From Candidatus Tayloriibacteriota bacterium (GTDB lineage Bacteria > Patescibacteriota > Minisyncoccia > Phycocordibacterales > PALSA-1337), in contig CAIOGI010000006.1 of assembly GCA_903857825.1 (NCBI GenBank), forward strand, positions 25,132 to 89,131: a stretch of 64,000 bases of DNA, read 5' to 3'. The position numbers were made by a program, and so were the translations under genes. Below are positions 8,951 to 17,914 of the stretch, one piece after another (positions within the stretch are counted from its first letter, which is position 1; each line of letters starts with the position of its first letter). A model generated the notes under the pieces. That model searched no databases, was not told the origin of the DNA, and saw nothing but the letters and a program-made list of their open reading frames with translations.

Positions 8951-9250
8951 ATGAATTCGACAACAAAACAAAGTGCAACAAATAGTGACGATGAAAAAGA
9001 TTTTGATAAAGAAATTGATAATCTTTTAGAAAAGTCAAAAACTTTAAAAAAAGAAGTGGATGACTTGAATAAAGATTCTAGCAAAATTACAAGTGATGCA
9101 AAAAATGCTGTTGAGAAAAATTCAAAAAGTATAGACAAACTATGCAACGACTTGGACAAAGTTGATGAAGATGCTAATAATGATATCGATCTATTAATAC
9201 TTAAACAGGCTGAGGATTTGTCAAAACTTAAGGAAGAGGATGCGGAATAG
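8951..9250 (+). CDS. Small hypothetical coiled-coil protein (99 aa, D/K/E-rich)
   Basis: The ORF directly follows the 934-aa gene and has low-complexity charged composition. Coding status is uncertain. Confidence 0.35.
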   Translation: MNSTTKQSATNSDDEKDFDKEIDNLLEKSKTLKKEVDDLNKDSSKITSDAKNAVEKNSKSIDKLCNDLDKVDEDANNDIDLLILKQAEDLSKLKEEDAE

Positions 9251-9346
9251 TAAAAATATATAGTCGATAAAAACTATTATATACGAGCAATAATTAGCAA
9301 TCATTTGAATGATTGCTAATTTGCTATATTTTTGCTATATTTTTCT

Positions 9347-9494
9347 GGTAAGTGCCCATAGATGTTTTGGTAGACTTAGACCATATGTAGATCTTAGTTT
9401 GATAATATACAATTAAATAAGTATTGCGCCCATAGCTGTTCTGGTAGGCCCAGAGCATATGGACATCTTAGCTCGACAAGATACAATTAAATAA
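9347..9494 (+). pseudogene. Two tandem degenerate copies (about 74 bp each) of the tRNA-Lys 5' region: pseudo-tRNA fragments
   Basis: Unit 1 is GTGCCCATAGATGTTTTGGTAGACTTAGACCATATG...ACAATTAAATAA. Unit 2 is GTATTGCGCCCATAGCTGTTCTGGTAGGCCCAGAGCATATGG...ACAATTAAATAA. Both align to the genuine GCATTGCGCCCATAGCTCAGTTGGTAGAGCAG. Confidence 0.6.
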
Positions 9495-9499
9495 GCATT

Positions 9500-9572
9500 G
9501 CGCCCATAGCTCAGTTGGTAGAGCAGATCCCTCTTAAGGATAAGGTCGTAGGTTCGATCCCTACTGGGCGCA
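9500..9572 (+). tRNA. tRNA-Lys (anticodon CTT), 73 nt
   Basis: Acceptor GCGCCCA/TGGGCGC, D arm GCTC-AGTTGGTA-GAGC, anticodon loop CTCTTAA and T arm GTAGG-TTCGATC-CCTAC. The 3' 20 nt (TACTGGGCGCACAAGTGAGG) are repeated at 9631..9652. Confidence 0.8.
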
Positions 9573-9698
9573 CAAGTGAGGAAAAAGAGGTTTACCTCTT
9601 TCATTCCGAACGCAGTCGCCCATCACGAAGTACTGGGCGCACAAGTGAGGGTTGGAGAATTTATCTTCTTTGATCCAAGCTTAATAGAATAGAAACAT

Positions 9699-9780
9699 GC
9701 GCGGGTGGCGAAATTGGCAGACGCACTTGCCTTAGGAGCAAGCGGGGTAACCCTTGGAGGTTCAAGTCCTCTCCCGCGCA
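9699..9780 (+). tRNA. tRNA-Leu (anticodon TAG), 82 nt with long variable arm
   Basis: Acceptor GCGCGGG/CCCGCGC, anticodon stem CTTGC/GCAAG with loop CTTAGGA, variable arm CGGGGTAACCCTTG and T loop TTCAAGT. The 3' 18 nt are repeated at 9914..9933. Confidence 0.85.
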
Positions 9781-9789
9781 CAGAATAAT

Positions 9790-9818
9790 AAAAGACTGGA
9801 TAAATCCAGTCTTTTATT
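9790..9818 (+). terminator. Rho-independent terminator after the tRNA pair
   Basis: AAAAGACTGGA-TAAA-TCCAGTCTTTT followed by ATTATT: perfect 11-bp stem flanked by an A-tract and a T-tract. Confidence 0.7.
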
Positions 9819-9840
9819 ATTACTAGTATTTGCGATTAGG

Positions 9841-9933
9841 ACTTGAAAGACGGAGGACACGGAGGTGTCCGAGTCGGGGTCGCAGGCGAGCCTAACAAGG
9901 CGAGACCTGTGACCAAGTCCTCTCCCGCGCACT
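9841..9933 (+). pseudogene. GC-rich tRNA-like remnant ending with a duplicate of the tRNA-Leu 3' end
   Basis: ...GGAGGTGTCCGAGTCGGGG... resembles a tRNA 5' half. The terminal CCAAGTCCTCTCCCGCGCAC matches the tRNA-Leu(TAG) 3' end at 9762..9781. No complete cloverleaf can be folded. Confidence 0.45.
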
Positions 9934-10208
9934 GATATGTAAAATAAGCATAACTTTAGTTATGCGTTTTTACATTTATGAGGGCTTGAAGGCTAAAGCT
10001 ATACCAAGTTACTCCATGATTTAAGCCATATTTTATGTGCTTTCTTTGGCTATAATTTTAAACCCCGTTTTGCTATTGACATCTATATCAATATATGCTA
10101 GTATAACTATCAGACAGTTCCCCAAAACAAACCTAGATGCCTGTGTTGGGTATCAAGGTAAATATAACAATTCAGTGTGGGGAGTTGCCAACGGAGAAAG
10201 AACACACC

Positions 10209-10844
10209 ATGACAGTAAATGAAATCTTTGCCACGACAGCGACGGTTGCAGCCAGCGTTGTCCTAATGCTGGCATCCCAGCGCTACCAATCGTGGGAGGC
10301 TGGGAGGTGGCAAAACAAAGGACTCGACATGGCTCGAGTGACAAACAGTCCTGTGGCGATGGCGCCTACAAGCGTAACTCCCCCAACGGTAACTTACGTC
10401 ACAAACACAATCACCACACCCGCAACGCCTGCCGTGGTGGTGCCAACACCCCCACCAGTGACGGTAACCAACACAATCTTTACGACAAACGTCGTGGTGG
10501 TTACCACAACAAACGTGGCATCGGTAGCCTCACCGGTTAGAACAGGAACAACACCGAGTGGTGTGACCTGGCCTAATGATCGCTTGTCTGACAGGGTTGT
10601 CAGTTACAACAGCGTCACGAATGATGTAGTAACTGTCCCCCCGGGAGAAACTTTTCTCCTCGAGCCAGCAACTAAGCTCGATCTCAGTACGGCCTTCAAC
10701 CGCCAACTCCGATTCGCAAAGGCGGGGCAAGAGTTAGTGGCTGGCATGAGTAGCCCATACTTTCGTTCGCTTCCGGGGCCAACGACAGTAATGAACCCCG
10801 GATCGACGCCGATCCAGCTGAAGGTTCGAGTTACCCGACGGTAG
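10209..10844 (+). CDS. Membrane-anchored Thr/Pro/Val-rich hypothetical protein encoded on a GC-rich (about 52%) island
   Basis: GGAG Shine-Dalgarno 9-12 nt upstream of ATG at 10209. N-terminal hydrophobic anchor ATTATVAASVVLMLA, then TPPTVTYVTNTITTPATPAVVVPTPPPVTVTNT.... The GC content is far above the roughly 33-37% background. The listed ORF starts at 10137, but there is no RBS there. Confidence 0.6.
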   Translation: MTVNEIFATTATVAASVVLMLASQRYQSWEAGRWQNKGLDMARVTNSPVAMAPTSVTPPTVTYVTNTITTPATPAVVVPTPPPVTVTNTIFTTNVVVVTTTNVASVASPVRTGTTPSGVTWPNDRLSDRVVSYNSVTNDVVTVPPGETFLLEPATKLDLSTAFNRQLRFAKAGQELVAGMSSPYFRSLPGPTTVMNPGSTPIQLKVRVTRR

Positions 10845-10883
10845 CCGAACCCTGCGCGAGAACACCTCGCGCTAAACCAAAAA

Positions 10884-10927
10884 AGGACAGGAGTGCCATC
10901 ACATGTGGCCCCTGTCCTCTTTCTTTT
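10884..10927 (+). terminator. Rho-independent terminator after the GC-rich island gene
   Basis: AGGACAGG...CCCCTGTCCT hairpin followed by CTTTCTTTT. A second hairpin GCGCGAGAACACCTCGCGC lies at 10854..10872. Confidence 0.55.
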
Positions 10928-10948
10928 ACATAAATTATATTTATAAAA

Positions 10949-11248
10949 CTAAAATGTTGCAGTCTGTCCCAAACTACTAAATACAAACCGAACAATGCCA
11001 TAAGCTGAAATCATTATTGCCATACCTACCAAACCCCATAATATGTGCGTTTGCCCGGTTTTTCTTCTTTCTGGATCTTCCCCACCCATAATATATCCGA
11101 TTATACCCCAGATGAACATAAAGGTTGCCAGTACGAACATGAACTGTACTATTGGAGAAATAATATTATCTACTATTTTTAGAATTATCAAATCTGTAGC
11201 TGCTGAGCTATTATTCGCCGCTTCTGCAACTTTAGAGAAGATATTCAT
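10949..11248 (-). CDS. Small two-helix membrane protein, VirB2/TrbC-like pilin paralog 1
   Basis: Core FMFIWGIIGYIMGGEDPERRKTGQTHILWGLVGMAIMISAYGIV: two hydrophobic helices split by a short charged loop, shared with the four ORFs upstream. Confidence 0.55.
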   Translation of the reverse strand: MNIFSKVAEAANNSSAATDLIILKIVDNIISPIVQFMFVLATFMFIWGIIGYIMGGEDPERRKTGQTHILWGLVGMAIMISAYGIVRFVFSSLGQTATF

Positions 11249-11278
11249 TAATATAGCAAAATATTAACTGTATTTGGA

Positions 11279-11659
11279 TTATCTAACAGTAGTTGGATCG
11301 ATAACTTTTGGAAATTGGTTTTCTGTTGGAGTATTATTGCCTGTACCAAATGAATTCTTTAGTATTGCGACTAGACCCCAGATAGAAAGGATTACGAATA
11401 GACCAACAACACCGTATAGAATACGCAACCCCCCCTCTTTTCTTTTATCTTCTGAACCAGCAATAAGATATACAAAAACATTTACAACAATCCATATAAC
11501 TGCTAGAGATATAACAATAGTTATAAATGAGTTTCCAAGAGAAGTAAATTTACCAAAGATACTGTCTTGACCAGTACCATCAATTTTAGTTATAGTATTT
11601 TGAGCAAACACTGCCACCGGAGCTAATAATGAAACCGCAATTGCAATTATTTTTTTCAT
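11279..11659 (-). CDS. Small secreted two-helix membrane protein, VirB2/TrbC-like pilin paralog 2
   Basis: Signal peptide MKKIIAIAVSLLAPVAVFA; core IVVNVFVYLIAGSEDKRKEGGLRILYGVVGLFVILSIWGLV. Confidence 0.6.
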   Translation of the reverse strand: MKKIIAIAVSLLAPVAVFAQNTITKIDGTGQDSIFGKFTSLGNSFITIVISLAVIWIVVNVFVYLIAGSEDKRKEGGLRILYGVVGLFVILSIWGLVAILKNSFGTGNNTPTENQFPKVIDPTTVR

Positions 11660-11748
11660 ATTTTTTATTTAATAATAATACTTTTATTTACTAATTGTAA
11701 CAACATATAGGACAAGAAGCAATCTATGAATTGTGGAAAAGAGATAAG

Positions 11749-12165
11749 CTATATCCAGTCTTCGTCTTCGTTGTCATCTGGTGGTGTAGTCTGATTAAAA
11801 TTCCCAAACGGTATTGTGGGTGGTGTATTCTGCAATTTAAATGTATTAGTCAATATGAATACCAAGCCCCATATAGATAGTATTACAAAGAAGCCGATAA
11901 GGCTGTACATAACATATAGACCAGCTTCTTTTTTTGCTGCAGGATCATCACTTCCATATATGAAATACTTGAATACATTCCATACGAACATCAGAACTGC
12001 AAAGCTAATAATCAAATATATAGCATATTGAAAATAACCTGTAATTAATTGCATTAGACTTCTGAGATCAGTCACAGAACTTGGGGTTATCGCTGCTACA
12101 GCAGAAGCAAATGCAGGTGCTGATAACAATATCACTGCCATAATTGTTTTTTTCATATTATTCAT
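11749..12165 (-). CDS. Small secreted two-helix membrane protein, VirB2/TrbC-like pilin paralog 3
   Basis: Signal peptide MKKTIMAVILLSAPAFASA; core LMFVWNVFKYFIYGSDDPAAKKEAGLYVMYSLIGFFVILSIWGLVFIL. Confidence 0.6.
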   Translation of the reverse strand: MNNMKKTIMAVILLSAPAFASAVAAITPSSVTDLRSLMQLITGYFQYAIYLIISFAVLMFVWNVFKYFIYGSDDPAAKKEAGLYVMYSLIGFFVILSIWGLVFILTNTFKLQNTPPTIPFGNFNQTTPPDDNEDEDWI

Positions 12166-12174
12166 ATTATATTA

Positions 12175-12543
12175 TTAATTTCGATTAAACACACTACTGT
12201 CCACAACTCCAGCCGAGGATAGAGTATTTTTTAATATTTCTACGATGACCCTGGCACTTATTAAAATGGCCAATCCCACAATTATATACAGTAGCCACAT
12301 CTTTGCTTCTTTTAATTTATCCGTATTACCTTGAGCCATAACAAATTGGAATCCAACATATATTAAGGCGAGTATAGAGAATGCAACACCGATATACATT
12401 GCTATATCAACCGCTAGGTAAATAACCCCCTGAACACTCTCAACCTTTAGTGGATTTGTTAATTTATTACTTTCAACAGCAAAACTAACAGAAAATACTG
12501 AAAGAAAAGTGATGAAAATGAATGATGTTATTATTTTTTTCAT
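12175..12543 (-). CDS. Small secreted two-helix membrane protein, VirB2/TrbC-like pilin paralog 4
   Basis: Signal peptide MKKIITSFIFITFLSVFSVSFA; core ALIYVGFQFVMAQGNTDKLKEAKMWLLYIIVGLAILI. Confidence 0.6.
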   Translation of the reverse strand: MKKIITSFIFITFLSVFSVSFAVESNKLTNPLKVESVQGVIYLAVDIAMYIGVAFSILALIYVGFQFVMAQGNTDKLKEAKMWLLYIIVGLAILISARVIVEILKNTLSSAGVVDSSVFNRN

Positions 12544-12549
12544 ATTATT

Positions 12550-13017
12550 TTATTGACCCACTAGTGTACCTGTAACAGACAGGAATTCAGGGGTAAGTAT
12601 CCATTTTAATAATGTAGTGACGATAAACCACGCCATGAGAGCCCAAACAAAACCTTTTACTGCACTGATCATGATTTTCTTCGCTTTGTCGATATTACCC
12701 TTTGAACCAGTCATGTATAGAAAACCAGCATAAGCGAGAAGTCCCACCATAACTGGAATTGATATACCAAATGCCCAATTTATCAAATACTTCACCATTG
12801 AGACGAGATTTGCGAAATTACAAACAACCTGACGTTTACTCTCTCCAGGAGTCACCACTCCATCACATTGAACCCAACCACTATAATCAAGGGTTGTTGA
12901 GGGTGCAGGTACTGCTGGTGGAGGTGAATTGACAGAATAAACCAAAGGTGACAATGAATAACTACCTAATATAAGAAGGACGAGTGCAGCAAACTTTAAT
13001 ATAAATCTTTTATTCAT
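12550..13017 (-). CDS. Small secreted two-helix membrane protein, VirB2/TrbC-like pilin paralog 5 (Pro-rich, two Cys in the N-terminal part)
   Basis: Signal peptide; SPPPAVPAPSTT...C...C; core GLLAYAGFLYMTGSKGNIDKAKKIMISAVKGFVWALMAWFIV. Overlaps the upstream SBP gene by 8 nt. Confidence 0.55.
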   Translation of the reverse strand: MNKRFILKFAALVLLILGSYSLSPLVYSVNSPPPAVPAPSTTLDYSGWVQCDGVVTPGESKRQVVCNFANLVSMVKYLINWAFGISIPVMVGLLAYAGFLYMTGSKGNIDKAKKIMISAVKGFVWALMAWFIVTTLLKWILTPEFLSVTGTLVGQ

Positions 13018-14308
13018 TTCTATTTAATAAAATATTAAATTCTTCACTTCCAGATTGTATTGCTTCTCTGGCGTTCTTTCTACCACTTGTTATCAATTCT
13101 GTAATATTTTGAAGAATTTTATTTGAATCAATTCTTCCTATATCCAACCAATTTCTAGATACTAATGCAGAATTGTTAAATATTGAAAGATAAGGATCTG
13201 TTGAACCGCTAGCTATTATATCCCTCCTAACTGATGGCAAATATGTCATAGAAACCAAAGTATTGAGTGAACTCGCTTCTATCAAAGAACTCAGTATGGT
13301 ATAAGTAGCATTTACATTTGCTGCGCTTCTTACAATTGAAATACCATACATATTTCCATAAACAACTCTGCCGGATGAATTCCTTATCTGTGGAAATGCT
13401 GTTACATCAAAATCAAGATTTGGATTCTTTCCTTTAATTTCACTTATTTCAGAAGCAAAACCAAAGTAAGTAGCGAGATTTCCAGAAAGGAAAGAATTTT
13501 TTGTATTTGTTAATGAACGATTCCAAGAATAATTTTCATTTGAAGGGTTTGAGAATTGTGTAAAGAAATCAAGAGCTTTTATTGATGAATTTGATCCTGA
13601 GTAACCCTGATCACCTAAAGCGCTGGCGATAAGGTAATCTTTGTCTCTAAATGTAACTGGATTTCCATATTGCATTAGTATTGTACCTAGTATCTCTCTT
13701 GCATGTACAATATTATTGAACTCTCCCAAAGCTATAGCACTTCTTTTTATATTAGAATTTACATCTTTTTTAGTTATCTTCTTATTAATTTCAGTAAATT
13801 CATCCCAATACTTTGGAGGTATTGCTATACCCGCATTAGTAAATGTATCTCTATTCCAATACATAATCAAAGGATCTTCTATAAAAGGAAGAGCTAGAAC
13901 TCCATTTTTCCCCAGATATAACTCCGCCTGTTGAATAAAAGTATCTCTGAAAGATCTTTCGGATAAGGCCTCATAAGGTATCGGAATTATTTTATCTTCA
14001 TATTTATAGACATAGTCTTGTGGTATAAGAATAGCATCAGGACCTTGTCCTCTAGCCAATGCTTCAATAAACTTTTTGTCAAAATTTGTCTCTTCTACCT
14101 TAACATAGGTAATTTTCAAAGCTTCAGCTCGAGTCTGATTAATTTTATTTATATAAGCATCAAAGGAAGAACTAGGATAAGTACCCCAAATAGTTATTGC
14201 TGGTAATTCATCTTTTGCAGATCCACCCCTAAATGTTGCAAAAGCTATAACGCCACCGACTATACAAACAACAAAAACAGCTGTTAATATTACTTGAAAT
14301 TTACTCAT
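13010..14308 (-). CDS. Extracellular solute-binding protein, family 1 (MalE/UgpB-like), membrane-anchored and orphan (no permease or ATPase nearby)
   Basis: N-terminal TM anchor, then ITIWGTYPSSSFDAYINKINQ...ITYVKVEETNFDKKFIEALARGQGPDAILIPQDYV...LPFIEDPLIMYWNRDTF...PPKYWDEF, the characteristic order of SBP_bac_1 motifs. ATGA overlap with the methyltransferase gene upstream. Confidence 0.7.
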   Translation of the reverse strand: MSKFQVILTAVFVVCIVGGVIAFATFRGGSAKDELPAITIWGTYPSSSFDAYINKINQTRAEALKITYVKVEETNFDKKFIEALARGQGPDAILIPQDYVYKYEDKIIPIPYEALSERSFRDTFIQQAELYLGKNGVLALPFIEDPLIMYWNRDTFTNAGIAIPPKYWDEFTEINKKITKKDVNSNIKRSAIALGEFNNIVHAREILGTILMQYGNPVTFRDKDYLIASALGDQGYSGSNSSIKALDFFTQFSNPSNENYSWNRSLTNTKNSFLSGNLATYFGFASEISEIKGKNPNLDFDVTAFPQIRNSSGRVVYGNMYGISIVRSAANVNATYTILSSLIEASSLNTLVSMTYLPSVRRDIIASGSTDPYLSIFNNSALVSRNWLDIGRIDSNKILQNITELITSGRKNAREAIQSGSEEFNILLNRNE

Positions 14309-14829
14309 GGTTTTTTAAATATAATACCATAATGATGATCCCCTGCATCAAATCCCTTTTCTAATTGAAATCCGTTTTTTTGAAAAATACCTTCTGCGAA
14401 TAGTCTAGGCACCAAAGTTTTTGGACTTAAAGGACTTCCCGCATCCCAATCAATAACCATTACCTTTCCTCCTGATTTTAATATTCTTTTAATTTCTAGA
14501 GCTAGATTATCTCTATCCTCGGCGGCTATTTGAAATAAGGTATTAGAAAGTATAACTCGATCTGCTATTGCTTCTCGAAGTTTAGTACCACCAATCTTTT
14601 CTATATTACCCCAAACAACTTCAATGTTATGCAGACCAACAAGCCCTGCAGAATTCTTTAACTTATTTAATAAATCTTGTTGTACATCTACAGCATATAC
14701 CCTACCAGATGGACCAGCACTCTTTGCTGCTTCTATAGAATAGAAACCACTTCCCGCTCCAAGATCAACAACTTTCATACCATTAGCTATTTCAAATAAT
14801 GCAATATTTTTTTGTGGGTCGGAGAACAT
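14305..14829 (-). CDS. Class I SAM-dependent methyltransferase
   Basis: Motif I VVDLGAGSGFYS; downstream acidic motif AVDVQQDLL. Confidence 0.75.
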   Translation of the reverse strand: MFSDPQKNIALFEIANGMKVVDLGAGSGFYSIEAAKSAGPSGRVYAVDVQQDLLNKLKNSAGLVGLHNIEVVWGNIEKIGGTKLREAIADRVILSNTLFQIAAEDRDNLALEIKRILKSGGKVMVIDWDAGSPLSPKTLVPRLFAEGIFQKNGFQLEKGFDAGDHHYGIIFKKP

Positions 14830-14924
14830 GAAATTATTATAACATATCTAAAAAATAGTAAACACATATAAGTTGTGGTTTGGTGGGGGCTAGCCAACAA
14901 ACATGTAGTTTACTATTTTCTAGT

Positions 14925-17408
14925 TTATAAACAGATAAGTGAAGCCAACGAATCCCCATCTCGGAGTTTCATCACTCTCACGCCCTGTGTTGAACGTCCA
15001 AGTGTAGGAATTTCAGAAAGATTTACACGGATAACCTGACTCTTCTTTGACATAGCTACCATTTCTTCTATCTCATCCGTAACAACCTTTGCAGCAATCA
15101 ATGGACCAGTCTTGTCAGTAACATTCATAGTTAGAATACCTGAACCACCACGGTTCTGAACTTTGTATTCATCAAGTTTCGTCTTCTTTCCATAGCCGTG
15201 CTCACCCATTACGAATAGTTGTGGATTCTTTGCATCCTTTGGCACAATATCGGCACTAATCACAGCATCATCCTTACCAAGCTTTATAACGCGTACACCA
15301 GCGGCATTTCTACCCATTTCGCGAACATCACTTTCCTCAAATCTGATGGACTGACCATCTCGTGTAGCTATAACAATATTATCATCCTTAGAGACGAATG
15401 AAGCTGACATAAGTTCATCTCCATCGTCTAGAGTAATAGCTATAAGACCAGAACGTCGTACATCGTGGAAATGCTTTGCTGAACTTTTCTTTCCTGTACC
15501 ATTCTTCGTAACCATCATAAGTGCAAGATTTTCTGCCTCCTTTTTATTCTTTGGCATTGGCAAAATAGAGGTGATCTTTTCCCCTTCAGCAAGCGACAAG
15601 AAATTCATAACTGACTTCCCTCTTGTTGACTTTTTTCCTTCTGGAATATCGTACATTTTTATCTGATATGCCTTTCCCTTATCAGTAAAGAACAAAATGT
15701 CATTGTGTGAACTAGCATATATAAGGTGTGTAATAAAATCCTCCTCCTTTGTATCTAGATCTACAACACCAACACCACCTCGCTTCTGCTGTTTGTATTC
15801 ATCAGGATTTGTACGCTTTATATATCCTCCTTTTGTAAGTACAAGCACGCTTTCTTCATCGGCGATTAGATCCTCAGGATTAAAGTCCTTGAGAGTATGT
15901 TTGATGAGTCTGGTTCTTCTTTCATCACCATATTTAGCCTTAATCTCAACAAGCTCATCTTTTATAATATTTCGTACCTTTCTATCACTTCCTAGAATTT
16001 CCTTTAGTTTTTCTATAAGTTCCTGAACTTCTTTTAATTCTTCTAATACTTTTTTTCTTTCAAGACCTGCAAGCTTTTGCAAACGCATTTCGAGAATAGC
16101 TGTAGCCTGCTTTTCTGAGAACCTAAACTTCTTCATCAAATTTGCATGTGCCTCAATAGCATCCTTTGATCCACGAATCAAAGTAATGATCTCATCGATA
16201 TGATCAAGCGCCTTCTTCAAACCAATAAGTATATGTTCTCTTTCTTCAGCCTTATTTAAATCAAACTTTGTACGTCGGCGTATAACCTCGATTCTGTGAG
16301 TTATGAATTCTTCAAGAAAAGTCTTGAGGGCAAGCGTCTGTGGTACACCATGCACAAGAGCAACCATGTTTACATGGAATGTTTCTTCTAATTGAGTGTG
16401 TTTATATATATAATTTAGAACCTTTTCTGGGTATGCTCCGTTCTTTAAATCTATAACAATCCTAAGTTCCTTGTCGGACTCATCTCTAAGGCCCTTTATG
16501 CCATCTACAAGCTTTTCTCGCACAAGATCAGCGATACGCATAATAAGCTCAGCTTTGTTAACACGATAAGGTATAGAGGAAATAATGATCTGGAATTGAC
16601 CCTTCTTGTCTTCAACTATCTCTGCCTCCCCACGTACTAGAATACCTCCGCGACCAGTAGAATATGCATGATGAATGTCTTTTTCACCATACATGATACC
16701 TCCAGTTGGAAAGTCCGGACCTTTTATAAACTGTAATAGATCGTTAGTTGTAGCGTCTTTGTTTTCAACAAGATGAACAGTGGCATCAATGACTTCTCCA
16801 AGATTGTTTGGTGGAATATTTGTCGCCATACCGACAGCAATACCTAGTGTTCCATTTAAAAGAAGATTCGGCACCGTAGTAGGAAGTACAGTAGGTTCAT
16901 TTCTAGTGCCTTCATAGTTTGGTCGGAAGTCTACAGTGTCCTTATCAATATCTCGAAGTGTTTCTTGAGCTATCTTTGACATCTTTGCTTCGGTATATCT
17001 ATCGGCTGCGGCATTGTCTCCATCAATAGAACCAAAGTTTCCCTGACCTATAACAAGCGGATAACGCATACGAAAATCCTGTGCCATGTTTACCATACTT
17101 TCATATACAGCAACAGTCCCGTGAGGGTGATAGTTACCTGTCACGTCTCCAACGATCTTTGCTGATTTTCTAGTCTTAGCACCAGCTGTTAGTCCGAGTT
17201 CATGAAGAGTAAAGAGTATTCTTCTGTGTACAGGCTTTAATCCATCTCGAACATCTGGAAGTGCACGGTTAGTGATAACTGACATTGCATAATCTAGATA
17301 AGACTCGCGCATTTCAGTGCTTATATTTCTCGCGATAATTCCCTCTCTTGGATCTCTCGGTGTGGGTTCCTGATTATTCTTATCTGATGCTTCGGGTTTT
17401 TTAGACAT
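14925..17408 (-). CDS. gyrA: DNA gyrase subunit A (type IIA topoisomerase A subunit)
   Basis: [26 protein letters not shown]; catalytic Tyr region [15 protein letters not shown]; C-terminal beta-pinwheel repeats. GyrA versus ParC cannot be separated with certainty. Confidence 0.85.
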   Translation of the reverse strand: MSKKPEASDKNNQEPTPRDPREGIIARNISTEMRESYLDYAMSVITNRALPDVRDGLKPVHRRILFTLHELGLTAGAKTRKSAKIVGDVTGNYHPHGTVAVYESMVNMAQDFRMRYPLVIGQGNFGSIDGDNAAADRYTEAKMSKIAQETLRDIDKDTVDFRPNYEGTRNEPTVLPTTVPNLLLNGTLGIAVGMATNIPPNNLGEVIDATVHLVENKDATTNDLLQFIKGPDFPTGGIMYGEKDIHHAYSTGRGGILVRGEAEIVEDKKGQFQIIISSIPYRVNKAELIMRIADLVREKLVDGIKGLRDESDKELRIVIDLKNGAYPEKVLNYIYKHTQLEETFHVNMVALVHGVPQTLALKTFLEEFITHRIEVIRRRTKFDLNKAEEREHILIGLKKALDHIDEIITLIRGSKDAIEAHANLMKKFRFSEKQATAILEMRLQKLAGLERKKVLEELKEVQELIEKLKEILGSDRKVRNIIKDELVEIKAKYGDERRTRLIKHTLKDFNPEDLIADEESVLVLTKGGYIKRTNPDEYKQQKRGGVGVVDLDTKEEDFITHLIYASSHNDILFFTDKGKAYQIKMYDIPEGKKSTRGKSVMNFLSLAEGEKITSILPMPKNKKEAENLALMMVTKNGTGKKSSAKHFHDVRRSGLIAITLDDGDELMSASFVSKDDNIVIATRDGQSIRFEESDVREMGRNAAGVRVIKLGKDDAVISADIVPKDAKNPQLFVMGEHGYGKKTKLDEYKVQNRGGSGILTMNVTDKTGPLIAAKVVTDEIEEMVAMSKKSQVIRVNLSEIPTLGRSTQGVRVMKLRDGDSLASLICL

Positions 17409-17505
17409 GGTTTTCTAGTGATTTTCTATTAAATAATTCGGATTTTTATAAATTTTTATGTGTATATTATAGCAAATTTTAGCTTTTTTGTCGTGGGGAA
17501 AAGGG

Positions 17506-17535
17506 TTGACAATACTTAATTGTAATGATAGAAAT
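17506..17535 (+). promoter_or_regulatory. Candidate sigma70-type promoter driving the GC-rich segment
   Basis: TTGACA at 17506..17511, a 17-nt spacer, then a TAGAAA(T)-like -10 box. Confidence 0.4.
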
Positions 17536-17680
17536 ATCTGGAACACAGCGAACGTCTTGCTGTAAAAAGCACAAAGAAACACAGTACTGCATGCAAAAAG
17601 ATAAAGAGAGTTGGCCACCGCTTCCCGGTGATTTTCTTCAATTTCGTATTCCATCTCGCCCCAAAGGGAAATACTGGTAT

Positions 17681-17914
17681 ATGGATGTTGAACTCCTTCG
17701 GAATCACGAATTTGTTACCCTCCGTGGAAAGGAGGTGCACAAGCTCCCCTTACCCAAGAACAGACTTGAGATGGATCGTCTGGTCATGACTACTGCCAAA
17801 CTGCTCGTCGCTTCGGCTGGCTTGCGGATCATCAAATGGTCACACACCATTGACGACGGCGAGATCTATGTCTTCCGTCTCGGCCCAAAAGGAACACGTA
17901 GGAAAGTGAAGTGA
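17681..17914 (+). other. GC-rich (about 50%) segment spanning about 17560..17995, containing an ORF (77-129 aa depending on start) that may instead be a structured RNA
   Basis: Compositional contrast with flanks. The ORF ends ...LRIIKWSHTIDDGEIYVFRLGPKGTRRKVK, faintly RelE/ParE-like. There are also GC-rich hairpins (CCTCC-GTGGAAA-GGAGG), two CTTCGG motifs, and T-tracts at 17925 and 18000. Confidence 0.35.

Noticed and set aside
9413-9604. 63-aa - strand ORF
   Set aside because: It overlaps tRNA-Lys and its pseudo-tRNA repeats.
10137-10208. Upstream start of the GC-island ORF at 10137
   Set aside because: There is no Shine-Dalgarno sequence there. ATG at 10209 has GGAG at the proper spacing and begins with the hydrophobic anchor.
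17735-17914. GTG start preceded by a perfect AAGGAGG in the GC-rich segment
   Set aside because: The SD-like sequence directly abuts the GTG with zero spacing and is itself half of a GGAGG/CCTCC hairpin. It is more likely RNA structure than a ribosome-binding site.
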